A stretch of 64,000 bases of DNA from a virus. Position 1 is the first letter of the stretch. The number at the start of each line of letters is the position of its first letter. Positions 20,362 to 30,300 of the stretch are shown here, piece by piece. The stretch lies in IMG/VR virus record IMGVR_UViG_3300013117_000027; one strand, given 5' to 3'. Position numbers and translations under genes: made by a program. The notes under the pieces are model-generated. The model was not told the DNA's origin, did no database searches, and worked only from the letters and a program-made list of their open reading frames with translations.

Positions 20362-20667
20362 ATGGGAAAAGAAGTTACACAAGACATGATTAATGAATGG
20401 AAAGTTCAACACGGTAGTGTTTTTAGAGTTCCAGTTGGAGATATAGATATATACTTTACTACTCTAACTAGAGAGAACTACGTAGAGATCATGGGTAGAC
20501 AAAATACAATTCCTACATTCGATCCAGAGGTAGAGACTGTGAAGATATGCGTTCTAAATGAACTACCAGATGGTGCTCTTGATAATAAAGGCGGAATCGC
20601 GACTGTTGTCCATGAACATATCATGGTAAAGAGCGGTTTTGTTGTAGTAGAATCTGAAGAACTATAA
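20362..20667 (+). CDS. Putative tail assembly chaperone
   Basis: 101 aa, SD AAGGAG; INEWKVQHGSVF...IYFTTLTRENY pattern of tail chaperones; located between tube genes and the tape-measure position. Confidence 0.65.
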   Translation: MGKEVTQDMINEWKVQHGSVFRVPVGDIDIYFTTLTRENYVEIMGRQNTIPTFDPEVETVKICVLNELPDGALDNKGGIATVVHEHIMVKSGFVVVESEEL

Positions 20668-20690
20668 CGACCAAATATTAATTAGGTAAT

Positions 20691-20726
20691 AAGGGGACGG
20701 GAGTTATATTCCCTTCCCCTTTTTTT
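20691..20726 (+). terminator. Intrinsic terminator after the chaperone gene
   Basis: AAGGGGACGGGA...TCCCTTCCCCTT hairpin followed by a T run. Confidence 0.8.
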
Positions 20727-20739
20727 GTATGGAGGAAAC

Positions 20740-21366
20740 ATGACAAAAAATACAAAGTTCTATAAAGCTAAAGTAGAAGGTTCAGACGATACTATTATAT
20801 ACAGAACTCTTACTGTTAAAGAGTTAGGTATTGTAAATGGTATACAAAATCCTGCTTATAAAAATGAACTTACTGCAAAGCTTGGAATAACAGAAGGATA
20901 CTCTACAGACTTACATTACACTGCTATTAATCAGATAGGTATAGATATACTTAATAAGTCTACAGAAATAATGACCGACAAAGATTTGTTCGATATAGTA
21001 GTAGATACTTACAGAGCATCTGTTCAAGACGATACTACATTAGAGTTAATAAAACATATACTTACTGTGATGCCTAATCTTTCGATACAATATCTTTTAG
21101 ATCAGACATACGCAGATCTGATAGAGTTAGTATGTTTTTGTGAGAACGTAAGTGGTAAGAAAATCTTTCAACGTAAATCGTTTACACAACCACCGATGCC
21201 AGCAGATCCTTTTCAGGATAATAGTAGTAAAACATTAAATCTACAAGGCGTAGATCATACACTTTCTCCTATCCAAGAGTTCGACGGGAAGAAGTATCTT
21301 CATGAAGATAAAGAGAAGTCTCTTGTCGATAAGATGAAGGAAGATCAAAAATTCTTTAAGGATTAA
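20740..21366 (+). CDS. Putative second tail assembly chaperone
   Basis: The TTG at 20725 lies in the terminator T tract; GGAGG at 20731-20735 precedes an in-frame ATG at 20740. IIYRTLTVKEL resembles IYFTTLTRENY of the preceding gene. Confidence 0.55.
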   Translation: MTKNTKFYKAKVEGSDDTIIYRTLTVKELGIVNGIQNPAYKNELTAKLGITEGYSTDLHYTAINQIGIDILNKSTEIMTDKDLFDIVVDTYRASVQDDTTLELIKHILTVMPNLSIQYLLDQTYADLIELVCFCENVSGKKIFQRKSFTQPPMPADPFQDNSSKTLNLQGVDHTLSPIQEFDGKKYLHEDKEKSLVDKMKEDQKFFKD

Positions 21367-21368
21367 CT

Positions 21369-24300
21369 ATGGCTTATTACGATCCAAGAACAAGTGACGA
21401 AAGATACTATGATCCTCATAGGAATACTAGTGGTAGTCTTACTAGTAGCGTCACGTCTGGTATAGGTTCATTTGCTAAAAATGCTGTAGGATACATGGTT
21501 ATGTACTCTGCTATGACGTTCGCGGGTGGCGTCACTAGTAAGTTCATAGGTAATATAGCTAAAACGCAAGCTCTTAAAGGTACAGGTACTATAGCTAAAA
21601 GAATATCTGCCCTAAAGGCTCCTACCTTAGGTAAGATAGCTAAGCAATTCACACCTGTGCGTCACGCTGCTACAAGAGTGAGGATGGCCACGCGTCCTTT
21701 AAGACAAGCCTATAAAAAGAGAGCTAGACTTCTCGAACGAGTTAATAGGAAAGATTCGTTATTAGGAGATAAAGCAAGATTTACTAGTGCTTTTAGAAAC
21801 GGTAAGACATTAGCAGCAACAGCAGGAAATCTTTTATATAAACATGGAATCAAAGGATCTGTAGCAGGATATGCTTGGGATAGTGTAGCCGGTAACCTTC
21901 CTATGTATGGCTTAGAAGAAAAGGCTGCTTGGAATGTTCCTGGACACGTAATGAATTACGCTAAATATATGAAGGATAATATCATTACATTTAGCGCGTT
22001 TGGCGCTATCGGTCCTATATATAAAGGTGCTAGGGGTACTATAGGTCTAGGTCTAAGAAACGTAATGGAGAAGAATACTGCGTTTAGAGATAAGATTTTA
22101 GGTAACTTAGCTAAGATTACAAGACCTAGATACTCGTCAGTTCAAGCTCCTACAAAAGCTACTAATTCTATATTCAAAGAAGATGTTAATAATTTTAATA
22201 CTGCTAATTCTTATAATGTCTTTAATAAAGCTATAGATGCAACAAAGGCTGCTGGTAAAACGTTTTACTCTGCGTTTATAGAGAATGCTAGAACAATGTT
22301 CGCCGAAGCTGGTAGACATGGTTCTCATAATATTCATAAACCTACAAAAGGAAGTGTTACATCTTTCTTATCAAGGTTTAAGAAGAATATAACTGATCAT
22401 TGGCAAATGCATCGCGAGCAAGCAAGGTATGGAAGAACTGTAGGTGTTCTTGAGTCCGAAGGTATGCGCACAATGAAGACCTTTGAACACTTAGGTAACA
22501 TTGAAAGTACAGCCGGACAAGCATTAGAACAGACTACAGCTAAGAATACCAACATGAATCTCATTAACTCTATACGTGACGATCAGTTAAAACCTAAGAA
22601 TTTTTTAGCACAAGTCCTAAGTCTTAGACCTACTGTTACTGGTGATGTTATGAATACCGACTATATCAGTAGAGTAGGTAGTAACTTCGCTAAGTACTTT
22701 CCTAAGAGCAAAGCTCATGTTGTTGATCAGGCTATGAGTAATGTTAGAATGGGTAATGATTATTATTCAAGAGGTAAGTTCAATGTAGACTTATCAATGC
22801 TTAGTCCTCTACATCAGTTAAAGAGGGTTACTAATAAGATAATGGGTCTTAATCTTTCTTTTATGATCGGACTACCTCCTGTAGGAAGAGATCTATCTCT
22901 AGGTAACATAACTGGTTGGAACTCATTAATGGGCGGTAGTGTAAGATCTACTCCTTTTAATAAAGATACGACAGGACTAGGTCTCATAGTTAAGTCTGGT
23001 GGAGTAACAGATACTAGAGGCAATCTTGTACAACGTGGAACTCCTAGAACATTACAACAACTAGCTGCCGATACTTTAGGTGAGAACATGAGTGATAACC
23101 TAAACGTATCTCTTATTAATGGGAAGTTCTATGCTGCTGATGGAGTCAACCTTACCAATCTTAATTCAATGAATACTGTTCTTAAATATTCTCATCCTGA
23201 GATCTTTGGTAAAGCAGGAGAAGCAAAACTTTCTAATATTAAAGAATGGATTTATCATAGCTCTAGAGAACCTGGTAGTATCATGGAAGCTAATAAGTGG
23301 TTAACAGACGCTAATAGAAATACTGCGTCTAATCCTTTTCAATGGGCAATGAAGAAACTTGATTGGGGAGTACCAGAAGCTATTCCTAATGCGTGGAGAA
23401 AACTCAAAGAAATACTAACACCAGGACGTATACGTCATGCTGGTAAGAACTTGAATCACTCTCAAGATCTACAGGCAGAAATGTGGGAAAATTTATTAAG
23501 TAAAAGAATCGATTACGATAAACTTAAAGCACATATACCTATTATGCGTGACTCTATGGAACATACTGGGCAAGAAGTCGGTATGTTGATGCAATCTCCT
23601 ACTATATACCAAGAGATTGCTCATAATAGCAGATACCTTCAAGCTAATCAAATGGACTCAGCTATATTTCATAGCGATGAGAAGTTTATGACAAAACTTT
23701 TCAATATGCAAGAGAGTGCATTAGATCAAAATGATGTCTTCTGGAAACTAATGAAGAACCCTGATTCTAAAGCTATTTACGAGACAGCATTATGGAATCC
23801 TAAAAAAGCCAAGGATGCTATTCCTTTTAAGAGACAAGGACGATTATCTGATTATAACTCAATGAATGTACTGAAGACTCAGTTTGTGACAGAAGGTCTT
23901 AATGTTGACTATTCTATGACTAATATGCATCCATTCGTAGATGCAGCTGATACTTTGTTTAAACAAGGACATATATCTGGTACTCAATCTACTGCTATGA
24001 AGATGTATGGTTTTGTTAGTACGTTATTCGCTGATGGCAATCTAGATAACTTCGCTAAAGGAACTCCTACACCTCAAGATAAGACAGCCTTAGGTGCTGT
24101 TATTAATACTTTTAAAAAGAGACACAATATTGAACTAGAGCACGCTATGGACTACATTAGTAGAACAGAGTTTAGAACTCCTAGTAGAGATGGTAAGTTG
24201 TTTCAAACTTTGAAAGAGACAATCTTAGATCCTAGACTTCTTCCTAGTGTAAGAGAACAAGTTTATGATAAGAGTCCTTTCTTTGCTTTAAGTGTAGGCG

Positions 24301-27300
24301 ATAACGGATCTGGTAAGTTTCAAACCGGCATTAAGAAAGCATTAGATATTGGAGCAGAGCGTCTTACTAACCTTATTAAGATGACAACAGGTCTTAGGAG
24401 AGATCCTTTTAAGTACGGTGACGGTGTACGCGGTGCAGCCAGATTTATTAGTACAAGAGGTGGACAGTTAGCTGCAGCAGGACTTGCTTATAAAGCGTTA
24501 GATGCGCTCATAGCAGATAATCCTATGCTCGACGAGACAGCTCTTGATCAAGGTATAACAGGATTTATCGCCGATAATGTAGCTAAGACTCATTTACTAT
24601 CATCAAGAATAGCTAATATGACAGGTATAGCTGGCGTAGGTAGATACTTAGACGGTTTAATGCCAGGGTTTGTATCTAGTGCTCCTGGGGCTATTGTCGG
24701 AGCTGCTCTAAACTGGCGACGAGGAATAACTGAGACAGCTGTAGGAGCTGTTAAAGGTGCTATCTCTAATAGAGTTCTTTCGCCATTAATGCCTGATATG
24801 ACTAAAACTTACGATCAGTTAGAAGCCGAGTACTCAGGTAAAGAAGAAGTTCCTATCATCGAAGGTAGAATGTGGCTCATGGGTACTACTCCATGGCAAG
24901 GTAAAAGAGTTATTGGATGGAGACCTAACTGGTATCAACGTATGCATTCGAGATGGAAAGCTTCTGATAGTTTATACGGTAGTGAATTAAGAAAGCTTTT
25001 ACATGAGCCTATATTCCCGGTTGGAATAAGTGTTGGAGACATTATCGACCCTTACTACATGGAACGAAAACACTACTTCTCAAGGCCTTATGCGGAATGT
25101 ATTTATCCGCAAGCATTTGTTCAAATACATAATGGTATTAAAATGGTTAAGGATATTGTAAAAGGTGATAAGATATACGATGTGGATGGTGTGATTTATA
25201 ATGTTAAAGATGTTACTAGTAGAAATGTTAAAAATAATGAGAATATTCACTCTGTTAATTTGGTAGGTATTCATGAACCATTAATAATAAGCGAAGATCA
25301 TAAACAACCAATTATAAAAGATATTAAATGTAAGTATAAGTCAGCATCGAATAAATCATGTGTAGGAGAACACAAAGGGATATGTAAAAAATGTAAAAGT
25401 AAAAGAACCTCGTTTGAAATTGATTGGGTTGAAACAAAAGATATAAATGTTGGTGATTTTCTAGTTAAACCTATAGTTAGACCAGTGTATAATGGTGATG
25501 TTATACAATTATCAAAATATATCAACTTTCGTAACTATGTTGTTGAAAAAGATATATGTTATATTATCGATAAGAATAATAAAAAAACAAAAACAAATGC
25601 ACAAAATACATTCCGTATTGATGACAAAATAGCTTATTATTTTGGATTGTATCTTGCTGAAGGTTGGATAAACTTTGGAAGAAACAAACCTCATACAGTT
25701 AATACTGTTCATAATATGAAAGAATATGATTATGTTAAAACATATATTACACATATGTGTTCAGTATTCAAATGTAGTTACTCAGAGGAAAAACATGATA
25801 ACTATGTAACATTTCATATACATAATGTTCTGTTAGCTGAATTAATATTTGGTCTATTTAATAAAGCATCTGATAAAAAATGTATTCATTTTACTAAGGA
25901 AATAGATAGAAAAATAGTGGCTGGAATTATATTCGGTGATGGTCATTATGATATATCAAATGTTGTCTTAACTAATACATCATTAAATATTCATGGATAT
26001 GTTACAACTGTTCTTGAAAATGATATGATTCCAATATGTATTAAAAAACATTGTAATAACGGAAAACAATCATATAGAACTTCATTCCCATATTCGTATC
26101 TAGATGAGTATAGAATGAAGTATGATTCTAACTATAAAAATAAATGTATACAAACTCCTAAAGGGCGATCTAATAGAATATATTTTCGTAATGGATCAAT
26201 ACTAAGACGGGTATTATCTAATGATATTATAGAGTATAAAGATAAACTATACGATATAGTAACAGATTCACCAAAGCAAAGTTTCACTTTATTATCTCAT
26301 TGTATACATAATTCTGCAGACTTTGGTGCAGATATACCGTTAGGATTAGGACCTATAGTTAGTGCTACATTAGGACAAGTTATTAAACCTAAGAAACAGA
26401 TGCATAGAGAGTTCATGGAAGGTGACGATGTTATAGGTGACTCAGACTTCGCGGCCAATCCGCCTCCTACGTATAAAGAGATGAGAGGTATGATGAAGAC
26501 TGGTACATGGAATTCTAATAGTATTGGCAGCAGATCATCATTTATGGGAACAGCTAGATATGGTGGAACAAAACTATATGGACAACGTATGGCTGACCAA
26601 GTACTAGATAACTTTGAAAGTGCAATGGGTCTTGTAGGTTTCGCAGGTCATTCTATTAGACAAGGTCTTACCTCGGACGCTGCTATTATTCCGACTGTTG
26701 AAACTGCTGGTAGAATAGCTTCACAGTCAAGGTCTTACTATGATATGAATCTTGGTGGTCTCGGTGTATACTGTTTACCTTATGATGGTAAGGTTCTAAC
26801 ACCTAACGGACTAACTAATATAGGTGAGATTAATAGTGGTGACATAGTTTACGATCAATGTTATAGTAAAAAAAAGGTAACGAATACATTCTCACGTATA
26901 TGTGATGATGATGAGCGAATGTATACCTTTACTTTAAACGCTGGCAAAACGCAAATTGATTGTACATGGAATCATCCATTAGCTATATATAGGAAAGAAA
27001 CATGTCATGACGGTAAAGTAAAACCATGTATACCTAATAGTAAAAAACATTGCACTATATGTACGAAACAAGATAAAGAAGTTTATTGGGATTGGGTCCA
27101 AGCTCAAGATGTTAAAGTCGGTGATTACGCAGTGATGCCTCTGCCTAAATCAGATACTAGTGTTGAAACTGTTGATCTTAGTGCTTATTCAGACTATTCT
27201 TTTTCTGATAAATATATATATACGAGAGCAGGTAACGGATATATAACTGCATTAGAGATGCTAGAACATAATCCATCATTAACAAGAAAACAACTAAGAG

Positions 27301-30300
27301 AGTATGTAGATGATAAAGATGCTAAAGAAGCACTATATTCTATTAGAAAAAATAAAATACCTACTAGATACGGTAGATATTTAGATATTACACATAATAT
27401 TGCTTGGTTTATAGGATGGTGGTTAGCTGAGGGATCATCTAACATTAGGAATGAAGAAGTGATGTTTTCATTAAATATTAATGAACTACATATAGCTAAA
27501 ACTCTGGGGAAGATATATGCTGAATCGTTCGGTGGAAAGTTTAGAATATATGAGTATCCAGATAGAACAATATGTGTGTTAGTTATAAAGAATAAAGTAT
27601 TAGCATCTTATCTTAAGTCGTTTGGTAACGTTTATACTAAATCTATGAACTCACTAGTTCATCTATCTGATAATAAACTTAGAGCTTTAATCGATGGAAT
27701 AATTCAAGGTGATGGTTGGATAAATCATAAGTTACAGCGAGGAGGATTTAAGAGTGCATCATCTAAACTTGTTAGAGATGTGTGGTTATCGTTATTTAGA
27801 CTTGGTATTCAATCATCTATAACTATAGATTATCTCGAAAAAGCTAATGGCAGATTGTTAAATGGAAAAGTTAGAAAAGATCATGTAAGATCTGAACTTC
27901 AGATGTCTAGAGGTGGTTATACCAATTATAGTGATGTTGTTCTAAATCATAAAAAATCTAAAGATGTCTCAACTGGTAGAGTGTTTACTAGAGATGGAAA
28001 CTTATACATTAAGATATCAAATATATCTTCTCTTGATTGTTCAGGAACAAAGGTATATGATATAGAAGTAGAAGAATCTCATTGTTTCATAGGAAACTAT
28101 TTACTACTTCATAACTCTGAAGCATTAAGAAGGTTTGTTACTAAACCTGATTGGAGAGAATACGGAGTTAATCCTATTCCTAATTTGATGCCTAACTGGC
28201 TTCCTGGAAAGTTCTTAAAGGGTGATCCTTTTTGTGTAACAGCGTCAACTATGATAGAAGTCAATGGTAATAATCTTAAGCGAGCGGAAGATGTTACAAC
28301 AGACGATCTTATAAGAACGCACACTGGTAAACTAGTAAAACCATCTTTTATAAAGAAAAGAAGTATGAAAAATAGTGAATCATTATATAGATTAAAAGTA
28401 TCATCGTTAAGTTCGTTTCCAATAGAAGCATCTGAAGAGCATCCTATATGGACCGAATCTGGGTGGAAACATATTAAGGATATTAATATCGGCGAATATG
28501 TAGGATATCCTATTTCTGATATTAACGATCTTACTACAACTGATAAGATATTAGACTGTTCTAAACTCACACCATATCCATTTGATCATAAATATATATA
28601 TACGTCTGGTTGTGATCAAGAATTCGTAGATATGATAAGTTATATCGAAACTATTCAATCTTCATTCAAAAGAGGAGAACTTAAAAATCTTCTATTTAAG
28701 AATAACTGGGATCGTAGAAAGTTCGAAAGAGCACAAGTTGCAGTGAGAAATAATATAAATAGACGTATTCCTCGCTATATAGATATAAGTTCGCCAGAAT
28801 GGGGATCGCTGATTGGTTATTATTTGTCTGAAGGATGTATAAATATAAAAGATGATAAGTTTATTGGGGTAGGATTCGCTTTTAATATTAATGAGAAAGA
28901 ATATCATGATGAAGTAATGTCGTGTTTAAAATCAGTATTTAATATTCATTCTAAGTTATATCAAGCGAAAGGAACCAATGGTTGTAGTGTAATAGTTAAT
29001 AATTTAGCAATCCCACATATACTATGTGGTTTGTTCGGCAGATACTTTGATGAAAAACATATAGGTTTGCAGCATATTGATTCTATAAAAGAAACAGTTA
29101 GAACCTTGATAAATGGCGATGGATCTTATTATTTTGATAGAGGAAAACCAAGACTATCATTGAAGTTAGAGAATCACCAACTACTATATCAGATAAGACA
29201 AATATTATTAAGTTATGGGTATGTTGGATATATAAATGATAATAATTTAATAATTAGAGGTCAAGCAGCTAAAGAATGCGCTTTGTTTATTAATACAACC
29301 AAATATAAGGACACAAAGGACTCATCTTATACTTGTAGACACACGTATATAAAAGATGGATACGTATGGATGAGGGTATTTGATAACATAGTTATTAAGA
29401 ATGAAAATGTTTATGGTTTTCAAGTGGACACAGATGACTCATTTTGTACAGCTGGGATAGCTACTCATAACACAAAGATAAATAATGGAGAGTTAAGACT
29501 TCCTGGTCCTGCATACGAGAAGACACACGCTGGTGTAGATAAGTCAATGCCCGCTAGAGCGTCTATGTTGGGAAGTCCTACTGAACATAGTATTCAGTAC
29601 TTTACTGGATTGTTACCTCCTCATTTAAAAGAACAGTACGATATTCTTGAGACAGGAACTAGATACCATGAACAAATACAACAATGGTTAGCAGCCGAAA
29701 ATCTTTTAGTACAAGCTGAAGCTCTAGTGTATGACGAGAAGAATAATATCTCTGGTCACGTCGATGCTATCATTAAAGACGGTATGGGTGGTAGAGGTAA
29801 GAAAGCTCTTGAAATTAAAACTATAAGTGAAGAAGGCCTTAAGAGATTAGACGGTCCTAAGTGGCAACACGTTGGACAGATAAACTTTTATATGAACCAG
29901 TTAAAGCTTAAGAAGGGTGGCATCCTATATGTGTCTAGAGACAATCCTGCTAACTTTAAGATGTTTGATGTTAACTATAGTCATAATAGACTAGAGAAAG
30001 ACTTAGAGAAACTTCATAAAGCTAGATCTGTATCTTCTCAAATGCTTGCTAAGAGTATAGAAGGTGACGGGTATGGATTTTCTTATTCTTGGTTAGACAG
30101 ACTTTATATCTTATCTGACGTAGCTCCTACCTCTAAAGAATATAAAGAAGCTAAGTTCATAGTAGAAAGACAGATAAAAGCTGGTATGCTAGATCCTGAT
30201 GGAATAGCTAAGTATCACAGAGCTAAGAAACACAGAGATGCTACTGTTAGAAAGTACGAATTGTATCCTCTAAGATTTAAAGGAAGAGTCATGTCTCCTG

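Noticed and set aside
20600-20740. Lambda G/GT-style programmed frameshift between the two chaperone genes
   Set aside because: No slippery heptamer near the end of the first gene; a terminator and an independent GGAGG-ATG separate the genes.
21375-21420. YYDPR / YYDPH short duplication at the N-terminus of the giant protein
   Set aside because: Only two short copies; no supportable function.
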